Below, one piece after another: positions 1 through 9,517 of a DNA stretch of 64,000 nucleotides (the stretch's first letter is position 1; every line of letters starts with the position of its first letter). Below the pieces are notes generated by a model, which ran no database searches, was not told the DNA's origin, and saw only the letters and a list, made by a program, of their open reading frames with translations. The DNA is from Candidatus Parcubacteria bacterium (lineage in GTDB: Bacteria > Patescibacteriota > Minisyncoccia > JACPXH01). The position numbers were made by a program, and so were the translations under genes. The stretch covers positions 150,461 to 214,460 of the forward strand of contig JACPXH010000007.1 of NCBI GenBank assembly GCA_016196625.1, written 5' to 3'.

Positions 1-1017
1 AAAGAATCAGAGACCAACCCGAAGGTGCAGATTCTGGAAGAGGCGGTCCGCGAGATTAAGGATCGCTTCGGCGAAGGAGCAATCATGCGGCTCGGCGAAG
101 CGCGGCGGGTTGAGGTTGATGCGATTCCAACCGGCTCCCTCTCTCTTGATTTAGCTTTGGGCGTGGGCGGGATCCCGAAGGGGCGGGTCGTGGAAATTTT
201 CGGTCCTGAGTCATCTGGCAAAACGACCTTAGCCTTGCATATCGTCGCCCAAGTGCAAAAGCGCGGGGGACTGGCTGCCTTCGTGGATGCGGAGCACGCC
301 CTTGATCCCGAGTACGCCAAGCGCATCGGCGTGAATGTAAACGACCTTTTCATTTCTCAGCCGGATACGGGCGAGCAGGCGCTCGATATTGTCGAGGCGC
401 TAGTCAAGTCTGAAGCGGTTGACGTGATTGTGGTGGATTCAGTGGCCGCGCTCACGCCGAGAGCCGAAATTGAAGGCGAGATGGGTGAACCGCACATGGG
501 TTTGCAGGCGCGGCTCATGTCCCAAGCCTTGCGGAAACTTACGGCCATTGTGGCCAAGGCCGGGGTTACGGTTATTTTCATCAACCAGATCCGCATGCAG
601 ATCGGCATCATGTTTGGCAATCCTGAGACTACCACCGGCGGAAAGGCCCTCAAGTTCTACGCCTCGGTCCGGATTGAGGTGCGCCGGGCCGCGCAAATCA
701 AGAAAGGGGAAGCGATTGTGGGTAACCTCGTGAAAGCTAAGGTTGTTAAAAACAAAGTGGCCCCGCCCTTTCGTACAGCCGAGTTTGCAATTTTGTATAA
801 CGAAGGGATTTCGTGGGAGGCGGACGTCGTGAACGCCGGCATCCGCTACGGCATCGTGCGCAAAGCCGGCAGTTGGCTCTTGTGGGAAAACGAGCAGCTC
901 GGTCAGGGCTTGGAACAGGCGCGCGCACATTTGAAAGAACATTCGGACATGGCGAAAAAGCTTGCGGAAACGATTCGGGCCGCGGCGGAAGCGCAAGAGG
1001 CGCTTGCCGTAGCGTAG
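1..1017 (+). CDS. recA: Recombinase RecA (frame open from position 1; start may lie upstream of the window)
   Basis: GPESSGKTT Walker [42 protein letters not shown]. Confidence 0.98.
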   Translation, partial: KESETNPKVQILEEAVREIKDRFGEGAIMRLGEARRVEVDAIPTGSLSLDLALGVGGIPKGRVVEIFGPESSGKTTLALHIVAQVQKRGGLAAFVDAEHALDPEYAKRIGVNVNDLFISQPDTGEQALDIVEALVKSEAVDVIVVDSVAALTPRAEIEGEMGEPHMGLQARLMSQALRKLTAIVAKAGVTVIFINQIRMQIGIMFGNPETTTGGKALKFYASVRIEVRRAAQIKKGEAIVGNLVKAKVVKNKVAPPFRTAEFAILYNEGISWEADVVNAGIRYGIVRKAGSWLLWENEQLGQGLEQARAHLKEHSDMAKKLAETIRAAAEAQEALAVA

Positions 1018-1063
1018 TTCGGGGAGCGCGTTGTGACGGAGGTGGAAATTCGAAGCTGTACGA

Positions 1064-1094
1064 ATCCGCCCCCGGCCTTTGGCCGGGGGCGGAT
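1064..1094. terminator. GC-rich hairpin between convergent recA and HD-protein genes
   Basis: ATCCGCCCCCGGCC-TTT-GGCCGGGGGCGGAT, perfect 14-bp stem. Confidence 0.7.
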
Positions 1095-1096
1095 CG

Positions 1097-1690
1097 TTAT
1101 TTGAGGAGTTTTTTCGCTTTCGCTTCGGCGAGGAGGTCTTCGAGAATGTCCCACAGAACGTCGCGTTTCTGCGGGAAGCGAGGCCAGATGTTGTTTTTTG
1201 CGGCTACGATTCGTTCGTACGTGAGTTTGCCCTTCTTCCATTCTCGGGCACCCGAAATGATGTTTTGGATGACCGGCAGGATTTTGTCGAGTGCCTTTAC
1301 GGTGCATGCTTCGGGGGAATACTTTGTTTCATATTCGTTCCAGAGCTGTCGGAGTTCTCTGCCGAGCGGCTTCGGGAGCTGGCGTGCAAGCCGGACAAGC
1401 GCCTTTTGCTCCCGTGCGTTTTTGTCTCGGTGTCCCTCGGTATCGAAGAAATACGTGTCGCCCGCGTAGATTTCTACTAGGTCGTGGACGAGCGCAAGTT
1501 CGACCGCCTTCGCAGTGTTGAGCCGGAATCCCAATTCGTCTTTCAGGAGCCACACCGCAAGCGCAAGGTGCCAACTGTGTTCAGCCGAATTCTCCTGCCG
1601 GCCGCTTGTGGTATGCACTTGGCGCTTGACTTCCTTGAGTTTGTCGATCTCCTTGAGAAACTCAACGATTTGCTTTGTGCTCCGTTTCAT
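1097..1690 (-). CDS. HD-domain hydrolase (YfbR/HDDC2-like 5'-deoxynucleotidase family)
   Basis: ENSAEHSWHLA...ALVHDLVEIYAGDT...KALDKI motifs; likely start ATG at 1690 (MKRSTKQ). Confidence 0.88.
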   Translation of the reverse strand: MKRSTKQIVEFLKEIDKLKEVKRQVHTTSGRQENSAEHSWHLALAVWLLKDELGFRLNTAKAVELALVHDLVEIYAGDTYFFDTEGHRDKNAREQKALVRLARQLPKPLGRELRQLWNEYETKYSPEACTVKALDKILPVIQNIISGAREWKKGKLTYERIVAAKNNIWPRFPQKRDVLWDILEDLLAEAKAKKLLK

Positions 1691-1722
1691 AAAAAAATCG
1701 CTGCTCGGTCTGGCAGCGTTCC

Positions 1723-1941
1723 TTACGTGAAGGTGTAGGGTAGGAGCGCCAGGAAACGTGCTCGTTTGATCGCCGTGGCCAGTGCGCGCTGGTGTTTGGC
1801 GCACAGCCCCGTTCGGCGAGGCGCGGCAATCTTGAATTGCCCCGTCAGAAACCGGCGCAGGAGTTCGGCGTCTTTGTAATCAATCACTTTGAGGTTGTGC
1901 TTGCAGAAGTGGCACTCTTTTTTTTGTACGATGGGGATCAT
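1723..1941 (-). CDS. rpsR: 30S ribosomal protein S18 (zinc-binding form)
   Basis: CHFC...IDYKD..LLRRF...RRTGLCAKHQRALATAIKRARFLALLPY. Confidence 0.97.
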   Translation of the reverse strand: MIPIVQKKECHFCKHNLKVIDYKDAELLRRFLTGQFKIAAPRRTGLCAKHQRALATAIKRARFLALLPYTFT

Positions 1942-1959
1942 GGTGCGTGCTTTGTTATC

Positions 1960-2086
1960 ACGTCATTGCGAGGAGCCGAGATCCCTCGGGCTCCCCCACT
2001 TCGTTCAGGACTCGCTCCGTTTGGCTCGGGACAGGCTCCGCAATCCCAGAGATTGCCGCGCGCCCGTTGGGCGCTCGCAATGACGT
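1960..2086. repeat. Palindromic REP/RPE-like element (GTCATTGCGAG...CTCGCAATGAC) with nested hairpins
   Basis: 13-bp terminal IR ACGTCATTGCGAG/CTCGCAATGACGT; related copies at 10045-10096 and 25214-25269. Confidence 0.85.
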
Positions 2087-2096
2087 ATGGGGTTTT

Positions 2097-2561
2097 TTAG
2101 AACGGTATATCTTCCAGTTTAATTCCTCCCCCCTCGTCGGTCGGTTCATCGAGCTGAATTTCCGGCAGGTCTTCTTTTTTGTTTGCGCTTGCCGGGCTGG
2201 GAGCAGCCGGTTCGCTGGTTTCGCTTCGGTCGGCCCGGCGCGGTCCCAGCTGCAGCCCCTCGGCGATGATTTCGGTGCGCCAGCGTTTCTGTCCGTCCTG
2301 CCCCTGCCACGAGCGCGTCTGAAGCCTTCCTTCCACAAAAACGAGCCGGCCCTTGGCCAGGTACTGGCCCGCGATCTCCGCGAGCTTGCCCCACGCAACG
2401 ACCCGATGGAACTCGGCCTGCTCTTGCTTTTTGCCGTCGGCACCTGACCAGACGCGGTTGGTGGCCACGGTAAAGTTCGTAACCGTTTGCCCCGAGGGCG
2501 TGGTGCGGGTTTCGGGATCCTGCGTTACGTTGCCGAGGACCATGACGCGGTTGAAGTTCAT
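2097..2561 (-). CDS. ssb: Single-stranded DNA-binding protein
   Basis: MNFNRVMVLGN..DPE.RTTPSG, EFHRVVAWGKLAE, VEGRLQTRSW, acidic C-terminus EDIPF; rpsF-ssb-rpsR order. Confidence 0.97.
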   Translation of the reverse strand: MNFNRVMVLGNVTQDPETRTTPSGQTVTNFTVATNRVWSGADGKKQEQAEFHRVVAWGKLAEIAGQYLAKGRLVFVEGRLQTRSWQGQDGQKRWRTEIIAEGLQLGPRRADRSETSEPAAPSPASANKKEDLPEIQLDEPTDEGGGIKLEDIPF

Positions 2562-2563
2562 AA

Positions 2564-2702
2564 GGAGTAATCGCGAATATACGAATTGTTGCAAATATAC
2601 AAATTACGGGATTTAGAGTAATCGCTAATATACGAATGTACACAAATATACAAATCGCCGCATTCGTATATTATTTCAGATTTGTATATTCGCGATTACT
2701 CC
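2564..2702. repeat. AT-rich inverted-repeat element built from AATATACRAAT units, overlapping the rpsF stop
   Basis: GGAGTAATCGCGAATATACGAAT versus ATTTGTATATTCGCGATTACTCC (23 bp, 1 mismatch), plus an internal tandem copy. Confidence 0.8.
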
Positions 2703-3160
2703 CACGACTGCAAAATTTCTTCCAGTTTCTTGTCGAAGTCTTGCCAGCTGGTTGCTTCCTTTGGTCGTGGGGTCGCCGCGCCTTCTGGTTGGGGCGTCGG
2801 CACTGCCGCGGCCGGAGCGGGACGGAATTTCAGGCGGGCTGGAGAAGGTTTGGTCGGCCTGCGGACCTGTTGGACTAATAGGTACCGAAGCAGGCTAGTC
2901 TGGTGCCGGAGTTCTTCTTTGAGTTTAGCCGAAACATCGGCTGTGGCGGTTACGGTCATCACGCCAAAGTAGGCTTGCTTTTCGTGTTTGATCTCATAGG
3001 CGAGCCGGCGCCGTTTGGAGGTTTCTTCGCGTTCAATAATGCCGCCTGCGTCCTGGATGATCTTCGCAATTTTGGCACTCTCTTGAACAGCTGCGTCCTC
3101 CTCAAGGTTGCCCGAGAGGAGATAGACGAGTTCATAGGGGCGGTAGCGAGTGTCGGGCAT
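2696..3160 (-). CDS. rpsF: 30S ribosomal protein S6 with C-terminal extension
   Basis: YELVYLL...RRLAYEIKH...YFGV...LLRYLLV; position upstream of ssb. Confidence 0.93.
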   Translation of the reverse strand: MPDTRYRPYELVYLLSGNLEEDAAVQESAKIAKIIQDAGGIIEREETSKRRRLAYEIKHEKQAYFGVMTVTATADVSAKLKEELRHQTSLLRYLLVQQVRRPTKPSPARLKFRPAPAAAVPTPQPEGAATPRPKEATSWQDFDKKLEEILQSWE

Positions 3161-3353
3161 GGTTTGGTTGTTGGGGCCATGATAGCTGAACGTCAGGTGA
3201 TTTGGCAATAGGGCGGCTACAAAAAAGCAAAAAGTTTATACCCCGAGCCGGGTCGAGGGCAAGATGACAAGGCGCCGTTGTTCTTGAATTTTCACGGTCC
3301 CGCCCCGCTCGCTTCGGCGAGCGGGACTCTGCTTTTTAGTATGCGCTATTGTT

Positions 3354-3389
3354 CCTCCGCTACAATGTATCGATACATTGTAGCGGAGG
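3354..3389. repeat. Perfect 36-bp palindrome (solo copy of the TrpR-like-gene-associated palindrome)
   Basis: CCTCCGCTACAATGTATC|GATACATTGTAGCGGAGG. Confidence 0.95.
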
Positions 3390-3393
3390 TGTC

Positions 3394-4440
3394 TTAACCG
3401 ATTCGAAATTCTATTACTTCTCCGTCGCGCATGATGTACTCTTTTCCCTCTGACCTGATTTTACCTAGTTCCCGCGCCTTGGCCCAGGAGCCGATGGTGA
3501 GGAGCTCCCGCCAGTCAATCACTTCAGCACGGATGAAGTTTTTTTCGAAATCAGAGTGGATTTTTCCGGCGGCTTTCTGCGCGCTCGTTCCCCTCGTGAT
3601 GGTCCAGGCGCGCGTTTCCTTGGGGCCGGTCGTCAAAAATGAAATAAGCCCCAGCACGTCGTAGCAAGCAGTGATCAAAAGCGGCAGGCGCGGCGCCTCA
3701 CCGAGCTCATGCTGCTCTGCTTCGGTCAGCGAGGCGAGATCGAGTTCGTGTTTAAGGTTGAGTGAGATGACGGGCGTTGCCTGCGGCATGTCGAATGCGG
3801 TGTGCGCGGTTTCGGGACCATCAGTATTTAGGACGCAGATGAGGGGTTTGAGCGTGAGGAGCTGTACGTCAATAAGGGATTCTTCTTCCGGTTTGAGTGG
3901 TTCGTTTCGGGCTGGCTCGCCGCGCCCCAGAAGTTCGTGAAGCCGCCCGTAGACCGCAAGGCGTTTTTTCGATTCCGGGTCGCCGGCGCGCGCTTCACCC
4001 TCGAGTTTCTCAAGACGTTTTTCAACCAGCGCGAGATCCGCAAGGGCAAGTTCGGTTGAGATGGTGTCAATGTCCGCGGTCGGATCAACGCGGCCCTCAA
4101 CGTGGATCACGTTGGGGTCTTCGAACGCGCGCACCACTTCGGCAATCGCGTCCACCGCTCGGATGTGCGAGAGGAATTGGTTACCCAGTCCCGCGCCTTT
4201 GTGCGCTTCTTTGACAAGCCCGGCAATGTCCACAAATTCGATTGCGGTTGGCACGATTTTCGCCGAGTTCGACATCGCGGCAAGCTTGTCCAGTCGTTCG
4301 TCAGGCACGGCAACCACGCCCACGTTGGGGTCAATGGTGGCAAACGGGTAGTTCGACATATCCACCTGTTTTTTGGTCAACGCCGAAAACAGCGTGGATT
4401 TCCCCACGTTCGGAAGCCCGACGATGCCGATGGAGAGCAT
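3394..4440 (-). CDS. ychF: Redox-regulated ATPase YchF (Obg family)
   Basis: GIVGLPNVGKSTLF, NYPFATIDPN, VDIAGLV, GLGNQFL, TGS domain AGKIHSDFEKNFIRAEV. Confidence 0.97.
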   Translation of the reverse strand: MLSIGIVGLPNVGKSTLFSALTKKQVDMSNYPFATIDPNVGVVAVPDERLDKLAAMSNSAKIVPTAIEFVDIAGLVKEAHKGAGLGNQFLSHIRAVDAIAEVVRAFEDPNVIHVEGRVDPTADIDTISTELALADLALVEKRLEKLEGEARAGDPESKKRLAVYGRLHELLGRGEPARNEPLKPEEESLIDVQLLTLKPLICVLNTDGPETAHTAFDMPQATPVISLNLKHELDLASLTEAEQHELGEAPRLPLLITACYDVLGLISFLTTGPKETRAWTITRGTSAQKAAGKIHSDFEKNFIRAEVIDWRELLTIGSWAKARELGKIRSEGKEYIMRDGEVIEFRIG

Positions 4441-4500
4441 AAATGCAGTATAATAATACCCACTAGAAGAAGATAATACTAATCTCTGGGTGGGGCTAAG

Positions 4501-5763
4501 ATGAAGCTGCGTGCCCAAATCGTTTTTGGTCTAGTGGGTGTCATGTGGCTCGTGTTGGCGCAGCCAGCGCCTGGATTTGCCCGGGCATGGTACTACCCCA
4601 TGGATGCGCACGAGGCGCGGGCCTATCTCAAGGGGTTTGGTCAGCTCATTGATACTGTCTTCTATGAAGGGCAGGAAGAGCTCTTTCCATTCAACCGTTT
4701 CTACGGCTATCATGCGGGCGTAGACTTGGAGGTGTCTCCGTCTGAATTGAGCACGCGCGTGCCGGTCTATGCCGTGACCTCGGGCACGATTTCGTACGTC
4801 GGCTCCCTAGCTGGCTACGGCGGTGTCATTCTCCTGCGATTGGACGGTGAGGCTACGACGGCGCTGTACGGGCATGTAAAGATCACCGACCTGCCCTACC
4901 GCGTTGGCGACCAGGTGAGCGCGGGGAGCGTTCTCGCCCACCTCGGTGATGCTTTCAGCGCTGAAACGTCCCGCGAGCGCAAACACTTGCATTTCGCGAT
5001 CTACCGCGGCACGGATCAGTACTTTCGCGGCCATGAATCCACGCCAGAGCAGCTCTCTGCAAGGTGGGAAGATCCGCTGGCGTACCTGCTCGAGCACGGC
5101 GCCGTCTCACCCCGCCCCGCAGCCCCAGTCGCCACGAGCACTCCGCCGTTGGAAAATGGTCAGCCTATCTTATATAATTATAATGGCAGACACGTTCCCA
5201 TGAATCGCACCATCATTTTTGTTATTGCTGGGGGTTTAGCATTGCTTGGCCTGGGCGTGGTCGCGTACCGGCAGGCGCGGTCTCCAGAGACCCCTCTGTC
5301 TGTTCCAGTGCCTGCGTCAGCGCCGGCCCCCGTACCCGCCCCGCCCACTGTCGAACCCGCTGCCGAAGTCGATGAGGCGGCCGCGTTCCTCATTTATACG
5401 AATGGCCTCAAACGGAGCTTTGCCGCGCCCATGTACCACCGGCGTTCTCCGGATGCGTACCTCGAGGCGAGTCAGCCCGCCATAGTTCGCGTCAAGAAAC
5501 GCGGCGTGACTTGGGATGAATTTTTCAAGACGCTGCCGTTTCGGCTCACGGGCGAGTGCCTCACTACCGGCACGGGCGACACCTTCTGTAGCGGCGGTGA
5601 GGGCGAGCTAAAATTCTATCTCAACGGCGTTCGCGTGGCTGACCTCCTCGATCGGCAGATTCATGATGGCGATCGGGCTTTAATCTCTTACGGTGTTGAC
5701 GGCGAAGCCCAGATCCAGAAACAATTCAGTCAAGTGCCTGATCCTCGGAGCCTGACCGATTGA
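4501..5763 (+). CDS. Secreted M23-family peptidase fused to a second membrane-anchored domain
   Basis: Signal peptide; HAGVD, YGH and HLHF M23 motifs; second TM segment after ATG at 5200. Confidence 0.75.
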   Translation: MKLRAQIVFGLVGVMWLVLAQPAPGFARAWYYPMDAHEARAYLKGFGQLIDTVFYEGQEELFPFNRFYGYHAGVDLEVSPSELSTRVPVYAVTSGTISYVGSLAGYGGVILLRLDGEATTALYGHVKITDLPYRVGDQVSAGSVLAHLGDAFSAETSRERKHLHFAIYRGTDQYFRGHESTPEQLSARWEDPLAYLLEHGAVSPRPAAPVATSTPPLENGQPILYNYNGRHVPMNRTIIFVIAGGLALLGLGVVAYRQARSPETPLSVPVPASAPAPVPAPPTVEPAAEVDEAAAFLIYTNGLKRSFAAPMYHRRSPDAYLEASQPAIVRVKKRGVTWDEFFKTLPFRLTGECLTTGTGDTFCSGGEGELKFYLNGVRVADLLDRQIHDGDRALISYGVDGEAQIQKQFSQVPDPRSLTD

Positions 5764-7112
5764 CTGTGACGAGACTCAATCTATCAATTTTCCACGCCTA
5801 CGACATCCGGGGCAGGTATCCGGATGAGTTGAACGAAGAAGCGGCTGGAGAGATCGGCCGGGCGGTGAGTGAGATGGCGCGGCAATTCGAGCCCGGCCCG
5901 GTTCTGGTGGCCCGCGACGGCAGAATCTCCTCGCCGCAGATTGCCGCTGCGGTGATGCGTGGCCTTGTTGCCGGCGGCAGCCGCGTGGTTGACATGGGTG
6001 TTGCGACCACGCCACTTTTGTATTTCATTGCGGCTCGGCACGAGGTGTCGGCCGGGGTCATGGTAACGGCGTCGCACAGCCCGCCGGAATACAACGGTCT
6101 CAAGTTCGTCCGTCGGGGTTCAGTATCGTTCCCGGAGTTCGGCGGGTTGGATGAGCTTCGGCAGGTACTCACGCGGGGTCTGCCCGAACCACGCGCAGGC
6201 GGAGCGATCGAGCAGGCCGACTACTCCGACGAATACGTCGCGTTCCTCGTCGAGCATGCACCCGCGGGGCAGTTCCACGTTGCGATTGACTCCGGGAATG
6301 GCGCAGCAGGCGTTATCCTGCCCAAGCTTCTGGGTCGCTTGCCGAACGTCGTTGCTGAACGGCTCAACTTCGCACTCGATGGTTCGTTCCCCGGCCGCGG
6401 GCCAAACCCATTAAAGGAGGGTGCGCTTCAAGGGTTGCAACAGGTTGTTCGAAGCAGCGGCTGCCAATTGGGCGTTGCTTTTGATGGCGACGGCGATCGG
6501 GCGCTATTTGTGGATGAATCTGGCGTTACCATACATCCAGACTTCATTACCGCCCTCCTCGGCCGGGCGCAGCTTGCGAAGCAGAAGGGTGCGGTCGTCT
6601 ATGATATTCGCTCCAGCAAGATCGTGCCGGAGACGATTCGGCTGGCCGGCGGAGAGCCAGTCGTAAGCCCCATCGGGTACACGTTCATCAAGCAGGCGTT
6701 GCGCGAGCAGAGAGGGATTTTCGGCGGGGAGCGCTCGGGCCACTACTACTTTCCCGAGATGCAGTATATTGATTCGGGGTTGTTCGCGTTTCTGCAGCTG
6801 CTCAAGGCGCTGGCGCGGGAGGGCAAGCCGCTTTCTCAACTCATCCTGCCGCTTCAGAAGTATGTTCAGTCGGGTGAGCTCAATTTCCATGTTGCCGATC
6901 CCGCCGCTACGATTGAAAAAATCGCCGAGCATTACGTTGACGTAAAGCAATCGCGGCTCGACGGGCTCACCGTAGAATATCCGGAGTGGTGGTTTAACCT
7001 GCGGCCATCAAACACCGAACCGCTGGTGCGGCTTAATGTGGAAGCGAATGATTCCGTGACGCTTGCTTCTCGGCAGGCGGAGCTGACCGCGCTTATCAAC
7101 GGCCGTTCCTGA
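5760..7112 (+). CDS. Phosphomannomutase/phosphoglucomutase
   Basis: FHAYDIRG, VTASHSPPEYNGLK, FDGDGDR, GERSGH, RPSNTEP. Confidence 0.95.
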   Translation: MTVTRLNLSIFHAYDIRGRYPDELNEEAAGEIGRAVSEMARQFEPGPVLVARDGRISSPQIAAAVMRGLVAGGSRVVDMGVATTPLLYFIAARHEVSAGVMVTASHSPPEYNGLKFVRRGSVSFPEFGGLDELRQVLTRGLPEPRAGGAIEQADYSDEYVAFLVEHAPAGQFHVAIDSGNGAAGVILPKLLGRLPNVVAERLNFALDGSFPGRGPNPLKEGALQGLQQVVRSSGCQLGVAFDGDGDRALFVDESGVTIHPDFITALLGRAQLAKQKGAVVYDIRSSKIVPETIRLAGGEPVVSPIGYTFIKQALREQRGIFGGERSGHYYFPEMQYIDSGLFAFLQLLKALAREGKPLSQLILPLQKYVQSGELNFHVADPAATIEKIAEHYVDVKQSRLDGLTVEYPEWWFNLRPSNTEPLVRLNVEANDSVTLASRQAELTALINGRS

Positions 7113-7133
7113 CGGCGTGGCACAACAACCAGT

Positions 7134-7162
7134 GCGCCCCGCGCAGAAATTGCGCGGGGCGC
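7134..7162. terminator. Hairpin between convergent genes
   Basis: GCGCCCCGCGCA-GAAAT-TGCGCGGGGCGC. Confidence 0.65.
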
Positions 7163-7184
7163 TTCACGTTAGATCTTACGACGC

Positions 7185-7922
7185 TTAAAGAATCGTCCGT
7201 CCTCCATCCACCGCAATGCATTGACCGGTGATGGCGTCGGTTTCGAGCAGGAATTTTACTGTCTTGGCGATTTCCTCTGCGCCGATCCAGCGCTTGAGGA
7301 GCGTGTCTTTGGCGGCTGCTTCAATTTCTTTTTGGGACATACCGGGCGGCGGCTCAATCGGCCCGGGGGCGATCGCGTTGACCAGAATGTGCGGCGCGCG
7401 AGTGCGCGCAAGATAGCGGGTGAGCGCGATCACCGCGCCTTTTGAAGGGAGGTACGATTCCCACCCGCGCTCGGCGTAGGGTTTGATCGCGGCTACGTCG
7501 GCAAAGAGTACCACGCGGCCTCCGCCCTGCTCGACCATGCCGGGTTCAAGCGCATCCACGAGGCGCGCCGCTCCTTTTACGTGGACGTCGTAGAACTTCT
7601 GCCAGTCTTCGTCGGTCGGATTGATGATGGGTGTGGTGTTGTAGAGCGAGGCCATGTAGACAAGTGCGGCCGGCTCTCCCAGCTCATGTGAGACGGTCTT
7701 GACGATGCGTTCAATGTCAGCTGAATCGGTGGTGTCGCCCTGCACCGTGATCGCCCGTACGTTAAACTCCGCGCGCACAGATTCGGCCGTCTCTTCGGCC
7801 GCATCCTTCGAGCCGCGAAAGGTGAGTGCGATGTGCATGTCCGTTTCAGCAAGCGCGCGCGCCACCACGCGGCCCACCCGAGCCGCGCCGGTAATCAGGA
7901 CAGTTTTGCCTTTGAGGCCCAT
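7185..7922 (-). CDS. Short-chain dehydrogenase/reductase (pteridine reductase/FolM-like)
   Basis: VLITGAARVG Rossmann start, YLPSK (YxxxK), VNAIAPG, ITGQCIAVDGG. Confidence 0.88.
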   Translation of the reverse strand: MGLKGKTVLITGAARVGRVVARALAETDMHIALTFRGSKDAAEETAESVRAEFNVRAITVQGDTTDSADIERIVKTVSHELGEPAALVYMASLYNTTPIINPTDEDWQKFYDVHVKGAARLVDALEPGMVEQGGGRVVLFADVAAIKPYAERGWESYLPSKGAVIALTRYLARTRAPHILVNAIAPGPIEPPPGMSQKEIEAAAKDTLLKRWIGAEEIAKTVKFLLETDAITGQCIAVDGGRTIL

Positions 7923-8299
7923 AATCCAAGCTTGCGCGTGTAGTCCACATCGCCCGTTCTATAATCATAGGTCAGTTCTTCTCCGGGTTGGATGTCGCGG
8001 CTCGCGATGTCGGGGCCAGCAGGATCAGGGTTTATGGTTGTGGGTGTTTCGGAGTGGTTGCAGAACCGAGCATCGTCGGTACAAAGAACATATCGCCGAG
8101 TGTCCGGATCAAGGTAGCAATAGTGCAGGAACTGTGCTCGCGCCGGTTCTGACAATCGCTCAAGGTCTTCCGCCGTGTATTCCATGTCAAAGCCGTCAGT
8201 AAATTCCCAGACTGGCATCCCTTGGGGAATAAACTGATCAGCAAACAGCCCGATGCCGTGGATTTTACTCAGTCCGATTTTTGTTTTTACGAGCAGCAT
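7895..8299 (-). CDS. SET-domain protein-lysine methyltransferase-like protein
   Basis: SKIHGIGLFA, ARFCNHSETP, IASRDIQPGEELTYDY SET motifs. Confidence 0.9.
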   Translation of the reverse strand: MLLVKTKIGLSKIHGIGLFADQFIPQGMPVWEFTDGFDMEYTAEDLERLSEPARAQFLHYCYLDPDTRRYVLCTDDARFCNHSETPTTINPDPAGPDIASRDIQPGEELTYDYRTGDVDYTRKLGLWASKAKLS

Positions 8300-8377
8300 G
8301 GCGCGTTGACGTTTCTTTTTCTCGTGTGATGAGCATGTGGGCAGCGCGAGAGGCGTCCATGTTTTCCTCGCAAGTTT

Positions 8378-8409
8378 CACTTTCTAATGTATTAATACAT
8401 TAGAAAGTG
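8378..8409. repeat. Perfect 32-bp palindrome, variant of the AATGTATCGATACATT family
   Basis: CACTTTCTAATGTATT|AATACATTAGAAAGTG. Confidence 0.9.
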
Positions 8410-8423
8410 GGGAGGCCCGTTTT

Positions 8424-9398
8424 TCAGAGAAGTCCAATCGCCTCCTTGGCTTCGTGGAGTGTTTTGGCAGCTACCTCGCGGGCCTGCTTGGCGCTGTGCG
8501 AAAGCATAACCGTGACGTTCACGTCATGCTCAAGCTGGGCGCGGCGCGTGCGGATCGGTTCGAGGTAGACGCTGATAGCTTCGGCGAGTTTGGGTTTGAG
8601 TTCGGCGTACTGGAGCGTGCCGCGTTCGTACTGCTGGGCAAATTGTTCGTAGAAGTTCGGGCCGGTAGTTAACCGGAGCAGCTCGAGTAAATTGCGTCCG
8701 CCTTCACCACTCCCAGCTTGGCCAGTATCAGAAACTGCACCCTGAATTTTCTGTGCGATCGTCTCGGGCGAGTCCGACAAGTTGATGGCGTTATTCTCAC
8801 CGAGCGATTTGGACATTTTTTTGGTGGGATCGGTGAGCGACATGACTTTCGCTTCTGGGGTGAGGAGTTCTTTTGGCTCGGGGAAGATGGGTTTGTACGT
8901 ATCGTTAAACTTGCGAGCAATGGTGCGGCTAATCTCAATGTGCTGCGCTTGGTCTTGGCCCACCGGCACGGCATCGGCTTTATAGATGAGGATATCTGCT
9001 GCTTGCAGCACCGGATACGCAAACAAGCCGGCGTTGGGGCGTTCGCCGTGTTCGGCCATTTGCGCGGCTTTTTCCTTGTACTCCACCATGCGTTCTAGCT
9101 CGCCCATGGGCGTTAATGTTTCGAAAATCCAGGCCAGTTCCGTGTGTTCAGGCATATCTGATTGGCGGAAGATGACGCATTTTTCCGGATTAATGCCGGC
9201 TGCGAGCCAGTCGAGCACCATGTCGGTGGTGTCTGCGTGCAGGTTCCGCGCGGATTCCGGCGTGGTCAGCGCGTGGTAGTCAGCCACCATGAAATAACAG
9301 GTGGCTTTTGATTGTAGCTCCACCCAGTTTTTGAGCGCGCCGAAATAGTGTCCCAGATGGAGCTTGCCAGTTGGCCGCATGCCGGAGAGGATGGTCAT
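8424..9398 (-). CDS. trpS: Tryptophan--tRNA ligase
   Basis: SGMRPTGKLHLGHY, YPVLQAADIL, VPVGQDQ, KMSKS. Confidence 0.98.
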   Translation of the reverse strand: MTILSGMRPTGKLHLGHYFGALKNWVELQSKATCYFMVADYHALTTPESARNLHADTTDMVLDWLAAGINPEKCVIFRQSDMPEHTELAWIFETLTPMGELERMVEYKEKAAQMAEHGERPNAGLFAYPVLQAADILIYKADAVPVGQDQAQHIEISRTIARKFNDTYKPIFPEPKELLTPEAKVMSLTDPTKKMSKSLGENNAINLSDSPETIAQKIQGAVSDTGQAGSGEGGRNLLELLRLTTGPNFYEQFAQQYERGTLQYAELKPKLAEAISVYLEPIRTRRAQLEHDVNVTVMLSHSAKQAREVAAKTLHEAKEAIGLL

Positions 9399-9405
9399 AT
9401 CCTAA

Positions 9406-9513
9406 AAGTTCAAATTTCAAAATCCAAATTTCAAATCAAGTTCAAAGCTTAAAATCCAAAACAGTTTTGGCCTTTGGATTTGATTTGAACTTTGAGCTTT
9501 GGCATTTGGATTT
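9406..9513. repeat. AT-rich heptamer-based imperfect inverted repeat
   Basis: Left arm of TCAAAT/CCAAAT-like ~7-nt units, right arm of TTTGA/TTTGG units; homologous copies at 9856-10035 and 33634-33734. Confidence 0.8.
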
Positions 9514-9517
9514 ATTG

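Noticed and set aside
8378-8409. Classical trp operator controlling trpS
   Set aside because: The palindrome lies downstream of trpS, not in its promoter, and lacks the E. coli-type ACTAGT half-sites
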